IMG/VR virus record: IMGVR_UViG_3300049846_002561
Coordinates: 9,492 to 73,491 of that record
Strand: one strand, 5' to 3'
From: a virus
DNA: 64,000 nucleotides
How positions within the stretch are numbered: position 1 is the stretch's first letter; the number at the start of each line of letters is the position of its first letter. Under the pieces are notes generated by a model. It searched no databases. It saw only the letters and a program-made list of their open reading frames with translations, and was not told the DNA's origin. Below, one piece after another: positions 40,630-50,151 of this stretch. The position numbers and the translations under genes are program-made.

Positions 40630-41436
40630 ATGCAACTATTAAAGCTCACCGTTAGGTCAAGAAATGGAAAGATCCTTCCAACTCCAGAGGAGATGATTTT
40701 TGACATCGACAACATAAAGTCGGTTATTTTCAGAAACGGGGAGCCTTACTTCGGTTTCCTTACCTTGGCGGAAAAAGGGTCCAAGATATTGAACTCGTAT
40801 ACCGTTATTGAAGATCCTTATCAGATCGCTGCTCAGAGCCAGAACTTACTTGTTCTAAGGGTTGTTTCGATAAAAGGAAGGGCTATTTCTGATACCAGGA
40901 TCTTTGATGCCAGAAAGATCGTTGATACAATAACCGTTGACGATGATGGTAATTCGAAATTCCTATACCAGGAGAGTGATAATCCAAACCTCATAGAGTA
41001 CGTTGTTTCGGATACCCTCACTGAGATATATGATCAGAATGCTGTTACTGGCGGTCAGGCTGGTGGCGGACAGGACCTTATATCCTTTGCTGTTTCCGAT
41101 GAAACAACCGGAATTGTTACCGCCAATGACCTGATAAAGACACACGCCCCGTTCGATTTCACGCTTGACGATCTCTTCGCAGGCCTTACCACTGTCATTC
41201 AAGGTGGAGCTGCCGATCCTCTTGAGGTGGACATAAAGAAGAATGGAGTTTCCATCTTTGGCACCACAAAGCTTATGATCGATCCAGGAGAGGAGACATC
41301 TCTTACTGCAGCCTCGCAGCCTAGCATTGCCACAACTTCATTCGTGAAGGGTGATGCCATCACCGTTGATGTCCTTGACGGGTCTGACAATACAGCAACG
41401 GGCCTAAAGATATACATGAACGTAACAAGAGTGTAA
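40630..41436 (+). CDS. virion structural protein with a duplicated N-terminal domain
   Basis: two similar ~65-aa units, then a beta-sandwich (VDIKKNGVSIF, GDAITVDV, GLKIY). Confidence 0.6.
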   Translation: MQLLKLTVRSRNGKILPTPEEMIFDIDNIKSVIFRNGEPYFGFLTLAEKGSKILNSYTVIEDPYQIAAQSQNLLVLRVVSIKGRAISDTRIFDARKIVDTITVDDDGNSKFLYQESDNPNLIEYVVSDTLTEIYDQNAVTGGQAGGGQDLISFAVSDETTGIVTANDLIKTHAPFDFTLDDLFAGLTTVIQGGAADPLEVDIKKNGVSIFGTTKLMIDPGEETSLTAASQPSIATTSFVKGDAITVDVLDGSDNTATGLKIYMNVTRV

Positions 41437-41439
41437 TAG

Positions 41440-42225
41440 ATGGTTATAAATCCATATACGTACTCTCTGGAGGATCCGGATGCTGACCTTTACTTTAGTC
41501 AGCTTACCGGAACGGTGAGTGATCAGTTCAAGCACGATGTAAAGGTTCTTGTCCACAAGCTCAAGAAGCAGAATATGTGGAACAAGCTAGATCGCTTATG
41601 GCTTCTCGCTACAGAGAATCAACAGAACTCAACAATATCGTTGGTTAACCCGCTGTCTACACCGTTAACCGAGTATAATAACCCTACATGGACCGCTAAT
41701 CAAGGTTACACCGGTAATAGCGGGGCTAGCTCGTATATTGATACAAATTACAACTGTAGCATAGATGGCGTTGCCTTTCAGCAGGACAGTGGTTGTTTAT
41801 TCATGTACTCAAGAACAAATTTAGATGGTGTGGTTAATGATATAGGCGTTGTTACCCAATTCCCTCAAAACATAAACTGCCTTACGCTCAGGAACTCAAA
41901 CTTAATGGATCCGTATCTGAATAGTCCATCTCAAAACACTCAGATACCATGTACAGATAGTAGGGGATTCTTTGTGTGTAACAGGAACAGCCCTACGCTT
42001 ATTGAAGTCTACAAGAATGGGACGCTGTTTGGGTCTACACCAGGCAACAGCACGGCTGTACCTTTCTTGAACAACTTCTTGCTTTGCATAAACTATCTAG
42101 GAAATCCAGGATTCTATTCCGACAGACAGCTTGCCGTTGCCGGATTTGGGGGTGGAGACCTTAATCAAACTCTCTTTAATGCTGCAATACAGGAATTTGC
42201 CGTAGCCAGAGGGTTCAACATATAG
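41440..42225 (+). CDS. tail fibre/lectin-like structural protein
   Basis: INPY..., LVHKLK...WNKLD, GYTGN...YIDTNY, YKNG; pattern common in phage tail proteins. Confidence 0.6.
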   Translation: MVINPYTYSLEDPDADLYFSQLTGTVSDQFKHDVKVLVHKLKKQNMWNKLDRLWLLATENQQNSTISLVNPLSTPLTEYNNPTWTANQGYTGNSGASSYIDTNYNCSIDGVAFQQDSGCLFMYSRTNLDGVVNDIGVVTQFPQNINCLTLRNSNLMDPYLNSPSQNTQIPCTDSRGFFVCNRNSPTLIEVYKNGTLFGSTPGNSTAVPFLNNFLLCINYLGNPGFYSDRQLAVAGFGGGDLNQTLFNAAIQEFAVARGFNI

Positions 42226-42260
42226 TCGCGTTTTTACATTAAAATGATTAAATTTGTATC

Positions 42261-42578
42261 ATGCCAAAGACATCATCAATATCACTACTAGCCAATGCAA
42301 TGACTGTGACCAGAGATCCGGTTGCCGACAACATTGCTGAGGTGTACCCTAAAAGTCAAATCGTTGACGTGCAGGGCGCTTTCATGCAAAAGCCCATTAA
42401 CGCTCAAGAGGGCGAGTGGCATTACAAGTACGACACCATGACCATGCTTTGCCTAAGACTCAGCAATGGTGTGGAGCAGCGCATTGAACTGCAAGAGGTG
42501 TCTAATCAGGCTACGTGGAATACAGGATTATTAACCGGTCTGCAGCAAGCTGTTGCAGACATTCAAACTTGGCTATAA
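42261..42578 (+). CDS. hypothetical protein
   Basis: TAAATTTG promoter box at 42249-42256, 4 nt before ATG. Confidence 0.6.
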   Translation: MPKTSSISLLANAMTVTRDPVADNIAEVYPKSQIVDVQGAFMQKPINAQEGEWHYKYDTMTMLCLRLSNGVEQRIELQEVSNQATWNTGLLTGLQQAVADIQTWL

Positions 42579-42838
42579 TGGGACAAAAAATTTGCGACGT
42601 AAGTATTCGTACCGCCGATAATGGCGTGATCATCAATTACACATTAAAAACAAAGAGGTCTGGATCGGGTCCATACGATGACTACAGCCACGACTACAAA
42701 ACTGAAGTGTTTGATTGTGATGAAGAGGAAGATCTAATGGAGGCTCTTGAGCGATTCAAGTCTCTATTCATTCAATCAATGAAGGATAATTCATCCAAGA
42801 TGATGATGCCTTCACTTCACGAAAAATCGGAAGAGTAA
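42578..42838 (+). CDS. hypothetical protein
   Basis: TAATG coupling; start reassigned to ATG 42578. Confidence 0.55.
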   Translation: MGQKICDVSIRTADNGVIINYTLKTKRSGSGPYDDYSHDYKTEVFDCDEEEDLMEALERFKSLFIQSMKDNSSKMMMPSLHEKSEE

Positions 42839-42850
42839 TTTTAGTTAAAC

Positions 42851-42884
42851 AAAAAAGCCAGGCATTCAATATCCTGGCTTTTTT
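42851..42884. terminator. bidirectional terminator between the convergent late and replication arms
   Basis: AAAAAAGCCAGG-N10-CCTGGCTTTTTT. Confidence 0.85.
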
Positions 42885-42887
42885 GTT

Positions 42888-43247
42888 TTAGAAGTCTGGA
42901 AGATCGTCTTCTTTTGGTTTCTCTAAAGAGGGCTCTTTTCTATTGAGGATCACGTCCCTCATGTCTTTCTCCTCGACCGGCTCCTCGTTTAACACCTCTT
43001 CCGGAGGGGTATCCTTCATTTCCATCTCGTAGGTTACCTTGAGTTCAACGCCCATCTTACTTGACGATATGAGCTCGCATAGATCGCGAAGGGTAACCTT
43101 GTGCACCTTCGCTACACTTGCCGATACGCCTGTCATTTTTGAGATAACATCAATGCGACTTGTTTTCATCACCTTGCATATCTCATCAAACATGGCGGAG
43201 ATATCCCCGTTGCTTAACGAGGATATCTTTATGTAGTTCTTTGCCAT
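42888..43247 (-). CDS. putative HTH-like protein with an acidic EDDLPDF tail
   Basis: ISKMTGVSASV helix-turn-helix-like segment. Confidence 0.5.
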   Translation of the reverse strand: MAKNYIKISSLSNGDISAMFDEICKVMKTSRIDVISKMTGVSASVAKVHKVTLRDLCELISSSKMGVELKVTYEMEMKDTPPEEVLNEEPVEEKDMRDVILNRKEPSLEKPKEDDLPDF

Positions 43248-43256
43248 GTCTTAACC

Positions 43257-43793
43257 TTAGAATGGTAGATCGTCGTCGTCCTCTGGATATGTGCTCGCCG
43301 AAGTCTTTGTGGTGCTTTGAGACGCGTCCTGAGTAGATTGAGATGTTCCCGCAGGAGTCTCTTTCTTTGTCGTTCCTCCAAGGGAAGCATACGATACAGC
43401 GTCACCGTCAACAAACAGATCCCAGATGTGATATGAGTTTGTTTGCGAGTACGGGGTTTTGGTGTCATATCCTTGCTTGTGTTTGCGCCCCTTGTACTGA
43501 ATGCCTACGTAGGCTCCGATGGCTACCTCGTCAAACTTTTTGTCAAGGACAACTCCTCCCGAAACGTCCCACTTTTCTCCAAGGGTGCCGTCATCATTGA
43601 TCTTGTGAATGGTGTGAATGACGAAGTTACCGTCTTTCCCTTTTTGCTCGCGGCTACCCATGTAATAGCCTTCCATGAAGTTGTCGGACTTCTTGTCACT
43701 CATCTTGAAGCCATTCTTTTCCGTCATCTGTGGCTTCCACTGATTTTCGTTCGATTCTGAAACCTTGTTCCAGTTCCTTTTTGTCTGTGTCAT
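43257..43793 (-). CDS. single-stranded DNA-binding protein (putative)
   Basis: OB-fold-like core, flexible linker, DDDDLPF C-terminus. Confidence 0.7.
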   Translation of the reverse strand: MTQTKRNWNKVSESNENQWKPQMTEKNGFKMSDKKSDNFMEGYYMGSREQKGKDGNFVIHTIHKINDDGTLGEKWDVSGGVVLDKKFDEVAIGAYVGIQYKGRKHKQGYDTKTPYSQTNSYHIWDLFVDGDAVSYASLGGTTKKETPAGTSQSTQDASQSTTKTSASTYPEDDDDLPF

Positions 43794-44043
43794 CTTTTCT
43801 TTTTTGTTTTTGGTTATACTTATTTGTTGCTATCTCCTCCCTTATGGAGTCAATGTATTGATATAATTGTTTGAACTCGCCTTCCCGGAGATTCATGAGG
43901 TCTCGCTTCAGCCTCCTCACAGATTCCCAGTTGTCGTTGTACTCTAAGTTAGCGGCATCCTTACTCATTTCAACAAGCCTGGAAATGACATTGTTTATGT
44001 GAGGAAGGACCAGTCGCTTCTTAGTGATTCTTGTTGTATTCAT
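43696..44043 (-). CDS. hypothetical protein
   Basis: in operon, overlaps its neighbours. Confidence 0.5.
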   Translation of the reverse strand: MNTTRITKKRLVLPHINNVISRLVEMSKDAANLEYNDNWESVRRLKRDLMNLREGEFKQLYQYIDSIREEIATNKYNQKQKRKDDTDKKELEQGFRIERKSVEATDDGKEWLQDE

Positions 44044-44323
44044 CCTCTAGATCTGCTTTTACTTTCTTTGCGTCGAAGTCACTCTTAACCACAAACTGAA
44101 CCCGAGGCTCTATCCCTAATAAATCCAGCATTTTCTCGAATTGCTCTTTTGTTATTTCGCAGTTACTTGCATTCACGGAGTTTATGTATGAAGACATAAA
44201 GCTGTGGTAATTATACTTTATGTGGTTACACACGTGCCTCAAGGGAATACTGTTCTCGGTCACTCTTTTTATTATGACCTTCTTTAACTCGTTACTACCG
44301 AGGTATGTCTTTAGTATGTTCAC
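44021..44323 (-). CDS. putative HTH-like protein
   Basis: 100-aa helical ORF in operon. Confidence 0.5.
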   Translation of the reverse strand: MNILKTYLGSNELKKVIIKRVTENSIPLRHVCNHIKYNYHSFMSSYINSVNASNCEITKEQFEKMLDLLGIEPRVQFVVKSDFDAKKVKADLEDEYNKNH

Positions 44324-44610
44324 TTTTTCGCTCCGACAATGATCACGCGGCCACTAAGCCTATCGCGTAGATCCTCATACTTTTCAGAAATAAGCATGGT
44401 GTCAGATTCAACTTCCTCGGATGGATCCTTGCCGGTCATCTTTTTCTTTGAGAATAAGACGATCAGCGTTGCGTCTCCATCGAAGTCATCCTTGGCAGTT
44501 TTATGCCATGGGCGAAATGTCTTTATTTCGCTTACTTGAAGAACTTCCGGTACCAGTACCTTAATTCCGTTTCTGTTTGTAACTACTCTAGTTAGTTCAA
44601 TGAAATCCAT
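44320..44610 (-). CDS. hypothetical protein
   Basis: TATATTTG box (44615-44622, - strand) 4 nt before ATG. Confidence 0.6.
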   Translation of the reverse strand: MDFIELTRVVTNRNGIKVLVPEVLQVSEIKTFRPWHKTAKDDFDGDATLIVLFSKKKMTGKDPSEEVESDTMLISEKYEDLRDRLSGRVIIVGAKK

Positions 44611-44627
44611 ATCACAAATATATGGTT

Positions 44628-45041
44628 TTAACCCAAATACTCATCAATAATTTTTACAGCCTCATTGAACCCACATGCAAATACAGCCTTGTAGCCCTCC
44701 TCTTCAAGGGCTTGAAGGACCTCGTACTGCTCCTCCAGGTGCTTCCCCGCCCTCACGGCTTTACCCCCTTTCTTGAATACAGCAAAACCCTCGCGCTTCA
44801 ATTCTATGAATAGGCCGTTGTACCTTTTGTATGCCTTTCCGGTCTCATCGCTCTTTACGGATGCTTTTGCAATGAACAGGTCCGGCAACCCTCTTGACGA
44901 CCTCATGCGCTTGTGCATTGCCGCAACATGAATCCTTAGTTTCATGCCGCTGGCTAGATCACATGTGAATATGGTGTTTGGATACTTTCTGCGTATGTAA
45001 TCACATACGGCGAGCTGAACTTTCTCTTCTTTCTTTTGCAT
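44628..45041 (-). CDS. VRR-NUC nuclease / Holliday junction resolvase-like
   Basis: E..VQ, GLPDLFI, LFIELK, Q...L..L...GY. Confidence 0.85.
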   Translation of the reverse strand: MQKKEEKVQLAVCDYIRRKYPNTIFTCDLASGMKLRIHVAAMHKRMRSSRGLPDLFIAKASVKSDETGKAYKRYNGLFIELKREGFAVFKKGGKAVRAGKHLEEQYEVLQALEEEGYKAVFACGFNEAVKIIDEYLG

Positions 45042-47038
45042 TATTGTAGTTTTACTTCGTACTTATACGCTTCGTAACTCTCTACCCTTAACCTCAAGGT
45101 GTCGTCCACCTCAATGATCGCATCGACAACCCCTCCGTTACCCCTTTTATCTACGAATTTAAGGTAAAATTTCTTTTCGGTATAGATGATGTCGTCGCTT
45201 ATTTTGTCCGGGGATAGGTTTTCCATACTCGCTAACAGAGATGTTGAGAAGTACCCGTCCATGTTAGCCACTGTCTTCACCCCTCCACGACATACGGGGC
45301 CGCTATCCCTCTTCAGCTTGTCTGGCTGGCCGGATATGTGGAGCAATCCAATCACGCATACATCACCCTTCTTGGCTATCTCCTTGCAGGCACGTGTATT
45401 CTCAATGGTAGCGCGTATCTCGTCCATGCCGTATTGGTCCATTTGCGTTACGCCATCGATATACACCTCTTCGATCTTCTTTCCGGTCTTTGCTTCAATG
45501 TGCTTTATTGTGGCAATCACGTTCTCTTCATTGAAGCCGGACCCGTTAACGAACAGCAGGTTGTTGTCAAGAACTTTGTTCATTTCTTTTATGAAATCAC
45601 CCATGTTGTCCTTTGATATCTGACCGGTTTTTATTGCCTGCTGTAGGTTTATTGCCATTGCCAGCAATGATAGCCTTTCGTACCACTGCATTGTTGACAT
45701 CTCTCCGTTAAGGTACAGCACCGGCTTGCCATTCAGGGCGGACACAAAGGCAAGGAACTGGGAAAGCACAGACTTGAACGTTCCTCCCACGCCGATAACG
45801 CCGTAGAAGTTACCCCTCTTCTTACCACCACCCATGGCTATATCGATATTCTCAAAAGTGGTAGGGTTTCCGGATAGGTCGGAACCAATGATGCTCGCCA
45901 GGATATCCTCGGCATTCACGTAGTTCAGTTTTACGTCGTTAAGACCGTCGGCCTCCTTCTTCTTGTATAGCTCTACTGCCTCGTTCATGATCTTACCTAG
46001 GCTTTTGCCCTTGAACGATATAAAGCCCTTGGCCTGATAAAAGGCGCCGATCTTCTTCATGATATTGTATGATTCCTCGTTGGATACGCCATGGGCGTAC
46101 AGCAACGATGTCATCCTCATTATATCATCAAGCACAACGTCATCGGAGAAGTTCTGGTTGTATGCCGGAGGCATAAACTCCTTGGATCCTATGTCCTTAA
46201 CCTCAACCGATCCATGCTCGTGCACGTTGTGGTAATATGCGTTCTTTACGCACTGCGTCGTCTCTTCAACTGTAAGGTCCGTAAATTTGTTGGCGCATAG
46301 CGAAAGCGTTGTTTCCTGCACCACCCCGCACCTATTCATAGCGCATGCAAGGGCATGAACATACCGATTCCTTGACCCTTCAGCATATACCATCGTCCTA
46401 TTCACCCATGATTCGCATAGCCTGAATATCTTCTCTGAGTCCTTTGTAGACGCTACGTTCTCTAGGGCTGCTGGCTGAACATACGACTTAACCTCTCCAT
46501 ACCTTATGTCCACCTCAAACACGCTGCTACCTTCGTTGAGGTACATGTTTGGATCAAAGGACACGAAGCATAGCCGGCACACGTCCTTCCCACTGTCATC
46601 GATCTTCATGCAGTACTTATCTTCAAACACCTTCTGCAGGTGCAGGAATGCTGACTTATGGTGCTCAGGTCCATTATTTACTTTCACGAGTATCTTTATC
46701 CCCTTTCCAGAAGGAGACGTGAAGGCAGCGTATACGTATGGATCCTCTTTGAACTGGCTCTTGAGCTTCATTATCACCACCTCATCGATGTTATCGATGT
46801 CTAGGATTACCATCCCCGAATACTTGATGATCTTTGAAGCCAGCCTCTCTGAAAATGTTCCCGAGAAGGTAACTGCAGGAAGGTTCTTTTTAGCCTCCTT
46901 GTATTCCTCCTTGCTCATCCCTCTCAGAGACATTATCTTCCCAGACCACTTACCGTCCTGTATCCTCTTTAAGATCGTATCGTGAGATACATCTGCGGGA
47001 ACAGTGTGCGTGGCCGTCTTAAACATTGATACCATCAT
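45041..47038 (-). CDS. primase-helicase (VirE-N/BT4734-like primase + PriCT + RecA/DnaB-like helicase)
   Basis: KKNLPAVTFSGTF, ILDID, FTSPSGKGIK, DVCRLCFVSFDP, EGSRN; C-terminal GVGGTFKS, YLNGEM, YIDG. Confidence 0.85.
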   Translation of the reverse strand: MMVSMFKTATHTVPADVSHDTILKRIQDGKWSGKIMSLRGMSKEEYKEAKKNLPAVTFSGTFSERLASKIIKYSGMVILDIDNIDEVVIMKLKSQFKEDPYVYAAFTSPSGKGIKILVKVNNGPEHHKSAFLHLQKVFEDKYCMKIDDSGKDVCRLCFVSFDPNMYLNEGSSVFEVDIRYGEVKSYVQPAALENVASTKDSEKIFRLCESWVNRTMVYAEGSRNRYVHALACAMNRCGVVQETTLSLCANKFTDLTVEETTQCVKNAYYHNVHEHGSVEVKDIGSKEFMPPAYNQNFSDDVVLDDIMRMTSLLYAHGVSNEESYNIMKKIGAFYQAKGFISFKGKSLGKIMNEAVELYKKKEADGLNDVKLNYVNAEDILASIIGSDLSGNPTTFENIDIAMGGGKKRGNFYGVIGVGGTFKSVLSQFLAFVSALNGKPVLYLNGEMSTMQWYERLSLLAMAINLQQAIKTGQISKDNMGDFIKEMNKVLDNNLLFVNGSGFNEENVIATIKHIEAKTGKKIEEVYIDGVTQMDQYGMDEIRATIENTRACKEIAKKGDVCVIGLLHISGQPDKLKRDSGPVCRGGVKTVANMDGYFSTSLLASMENLSPDKISDDIIYTEKKFYLKFVDKRGNGGVVDAIIEVDDTLRLRVESYEAYKYEVKLQ

Positions 47039-48171
47039 ACCTTAACGCTTTGCGCCAGAAAACAAAATTGATCCTCACCGACAGGCTTTATGAACACCGG
47101 AATCTTCGCATCTGCGGAGAAGTGAATGGACATCTCATCCGCATATATGCAGGAAAGAATGTTCAGAATGTTGTCGGAGTCAAAACCTCTACTTAGAGCC
47201 TCTAGTCCGGAGTTCTTTACGGTGATCACTTCCTCTCCATCCTTTTGATAGGCGGAGTTGCTTGAGGTCATGGTCACCGTTTCATTGCCGTCAAAAGACA
47301 TGGAGAACAGCTTAATAGACCCATCCTCAGAGTATAGCTTTAGCCTTTTTATGGCATTCCTGAACTCAGAGGTGTTTAGGATTATACACTCGTCCTTCTT
47401 TTTTCTGAACAGCATCTCGCTGTCGGGGAAGGCAGTGGTCATTGATGTTGTGATGATCTCGAACTTCTCCACGGTGTCATCCGTAAAAAGTATCATCTTA
47501 TCCTTTCCGTGGCAGATCACAATCTCACCGGTGTCATTGAGTAGGCTAGCGATCTTATTGGCGCTATCCTTTGGAAGGATGAAGTTATTGAACCACGCGC
47601 CTATGCTTACCGGTGAGGTCTCCGTCCTTCCCATTGACTTTCTGTCAAGGGCGGTGAATATGATCTTATTGTTGATATTGTTGATGTTGATGCCCTGGTT
47701 GGATACGTTAGTGTCCATGTTGTCGATGAACTTCTTGGACATGCGTATGCCGGTACGAAGGTCATGCTGGTACATTATGAACTCACTCTCATCTGACAAC
47801 CTCGCCATCGGCATCATCGGGTAGTCTTCGGCCTTACACCACGACGAAATGTTGTATTTACTCTTTCCGCTTTTGATCTCTATCTTATCCTCTCCCTTTA
47901 GGGTGAAGGTGAGCTCATTCTCCACTAGAAGGTCTATGGTCTTCATGAGCAGAGTTGCCGGAAGACAAAAGGAAATGTCCTCGGAACTTTTAACCTTGCA
48001 GAACATCTTTATCTGACATTGAGCGTCACCACCCACCATCTCCATCTCCTCTCCCTTTACTGTGAACTTTATGTTCTCTTGGGCGGGGATCACCGTGTTT
48101 GATGGGATGAACTTATACACCTTCTTTATCTTGTCGAGCAGGTATTCCCTGTCAAATTTTAGTTTTTTCAT
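47035..48171 (-). CDS. dnaN: DNA polymerase III beta sliding clamp homolog
   Basis: 378 aa, IP..ENI, EDYP, FPD, GFDS..ILNIL; three-domain DnaN pattern. Confidence 0.8.
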   Translation of the reverse strand: MKKLKFDREYLLDKIKKVYKFIPSNTVIPAQENIKFTVKGEEMEMVGGDAQCQIKMFCKVKSSEDISFCLPATLLMKTIDLLVENELTFTLKGEDKIEIKSGKSKYNISSWCKAEDYPMMPMARLSDESEFIMYQHDLRTGIRMSKKFIDNMDTNVSNQGININNINNKIIFTALDRKSMGRTETSPVSIGAWFNNFILPKDSANKIASLLNDTGEIVICHGKDKMILFTDDTVEKFEIITTSMTTAFPDSEMLFRKKKDECIILNTSEFRNAIKRLKLYSEDGSIKLFSMSFDGNETVTMTSSNSAYQKDGEEVITVKNSGLEALSRGFDSDNILNILSCIYADEMSIHFSADAKIPVFIKPVGEDQFCFLAQSVKV

Positions 48172-48517
48172 GTTTTACCAGTTGGTCTTTAATTTTGAAG
48201 TACAGTTGCTTTTTCCTTATCAGAAGGGATATCAGGGAGTCGTAACTCTCCCTGTAGTTGTTGAAGTCCTCATCTTCATTGATAAAAATGTCGTGATCCT
48301 TCAGGTGAGGATGATTGAACACTTTGATACGTCCTCTTTCTAGGCGCGGACGGATGACGAAATAACCCAAGTACTCCACGAGGGACCCGTTGATCGATAT
48401 TGCGTACAATATACGTCCCATAACGACGACATTCTTTCTGTTTGCGGGAGTTACTAACGTATAATCTTTCAACTCCTGGGGTTTGATCTTCCATCCCGGC
48501 GTATTGTAATTGCTCAT
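48152..48517 (-). CDS. hypothetical protein
   Basis: in operon. Confidence 0.5.
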   Translation of the reverse strand: MSNYNTPGWKIKPQELKDYTLVTPANRKNVVVMGRILYAISINGSLVEYLGYFVIRPRLERGRIKVFNHPHLKDHDIFINEDEDFNNYRESYDSLISLLIRKKQLYFKIKDQLVKHEKTKI

Positions 48518-50151
48518 GCTTCATTGAGATCTTTCTTTAGTAGTTTGGACATTAACATTTCAACAAAGTCATCCTTTGTCATTACCTCTTTGCCTTTATC
48601 TATTAGGGCATTGATATCCTTTTCCTTGTCTATGATGATATCATAGATGTAGTCATCGATGCTATCCTCGCAGAAGGTATAGTGAACATTCACTGATGAC
48701 TTCTGGCCAATCCTATGCAACCTGTCTATAGCCTGATATAAGTCAGCTGGAGCGAATGGAAAGTCGGCGAATATCACGTCCTGTGCATTTGTGAGGTTTA
48801 ACCCCACCCCGGCGGCGATCATGTTACCAACAAAAACATGACATCCCTCATCATTGTGGAACCGCTGAACGTTGAGGTCGCGCGTGTAAGAGTCCACCGA
48901 CCCGGTGATCTTAACGCATCGATCCCCAAAGTGACCACATATACGATCGATGGGTTCATTGTATCCAGAAAAGATAACCACCTTCTTTCCCTGCTCAATG
49001 ATGTTTTCAGCAAGCTCAATGATGCCCGGCACCTTGGCGGCGCTCGTTATCTTATTGAGAGTGTGTAGGTTTCCGTTTAAGTTGGTGAGGTCCTTGCGTT
49101 CCTTGAGCTCCTTGATCACCGCATCGTATTGGTCCCTGTAATCATCGAGGCTGTACTTGTAGTTGAAGAATATCTTCTCCGGTAAGTCAAGGCAGTTTTC
49201 CTTGAGCTTGCGGATCATGAAGTTCGACATCTTTACGAATAGCTCTTGCAGGTTTTTGCCACCCGTCACGCGGGTTTTATTGCGCATGATCGTCTTCACC
49301 GTATACTCCTCGAGGAACTTCTTATAGTTGTCACCAAGGGGGTGCCTTATAAGCTTCATGTACGCAAATATGTCGTCAACCCTATTCTTGACCGGTGTTC
49401 CGGAAAGGAACGTAATGCGAGCATTGGGGTACATGTCCATGAGCTTCTTAACCTCTTTGTATCTTTTTGAGGTGTGGTTTTTGAGCATGTGGCTCTCGTC
49501 AAGGATAAAGTGATCCACCTCGCCTGTAGATATCTCCCTGGCATAGTTACCAACTATATCGTAGTTGATGATAACGAAGCGCTCAAGGAATGCCTTTACG
49601 GTTCTTGACTTCCGTGAGTCTAGGATGGTGAAGTATAGTTCATTGAATCCGAACTTCACAAGGTCACGCATCCAGTTCCACTTGACTGCAGCCGGGCATA
49701 TTATCACCGTCCTTTTGCACTTGTGTAGTCGTGAAAGAGAAGCGGAAATAAGGGTCTTCCCAAGTCCCATGTCAAGGGCCAGAAAGTTGTACTTTTTGTA
49801 ATAGCTCTCGCGGAAAGTTTCCCACTGGTGGTTGTACAGCTTGTCGTGGTACGGCAGGGTCTTAGCTACCTCATTGTCAACAAATGAAAATAGCTTTGCG
49901 TAGATTTCATTTAGCCTACCAAAGAATGCGTTCCTTTTATCCTCCTCAAGGGGGCTCTCATTGAACGTGCGGAAGGCCAGGCGTATAAACTCATACAGCG
50001 ATCGCTTTGATGTCAGGCTTATGTCCGCTTCTATTTCCATTGTGTCGGAGTACACCGTAAACCCAAAGCACTTGGCAAGGAGTATCTCCCCCTCATGGAA
50101 TAGAAGTTTTTTGAAGCGTACCTTCTCGTCTCTTATGATCTCAATGTTCAT
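48514..50151 (-). CDS. SNF2-family helicase
   Basis: DMGLGKT, DESH, LSGTP, AGVGLNL, QAIDRLHRIGQ. Confidence 0.9.
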   Translation of the reverse strand: MNIEIIRDEKVRFKKLLFHEGEILLAKCFGFTVYSDTMEIEADISLTSKRSLYEFIRLAFRTFNESPLEEDKRNAFFGRLNEIYAKLFSFVDNEVAKTLPYHDKLYNHQWETFRESYYKKYNFLALDMGLGKTLISASLSRLHKCKRTVIICPAAVKWNWMRDLVKFGFNELYFTILDSRKSRTVKAFLERFVIINYDIVGNYAREISTGEVDHFILDESHMLKNHTSKRYKEVKKLMDMYPNARITFLSGTPVKNRVDDIFAYMKLIRHPLGDNYKKFLEEYTVKTIMRNKTRVTGGKNLQELFVKMSNFMIRKLKENCLDLPEKIFFNYKYSLDDYRDQYDAVIKELKERKDLTNLNGNLHTLNKITSAAKVPGIIELAENIIEQGKKVVIFSGYNEPIDRICGHFGDRCVKITGSVDSYTRDLNVQRFHNDEGCHVFVGNMIAAGVGLNLTNAQDVIFADFPFAPADLYQAIDRLHRIGQKSSVNVHYTFCEDSIDDYIYDIIIDKEKDINALIDKGKEVMTKDDFVEMLMSKLLKKDLNEA

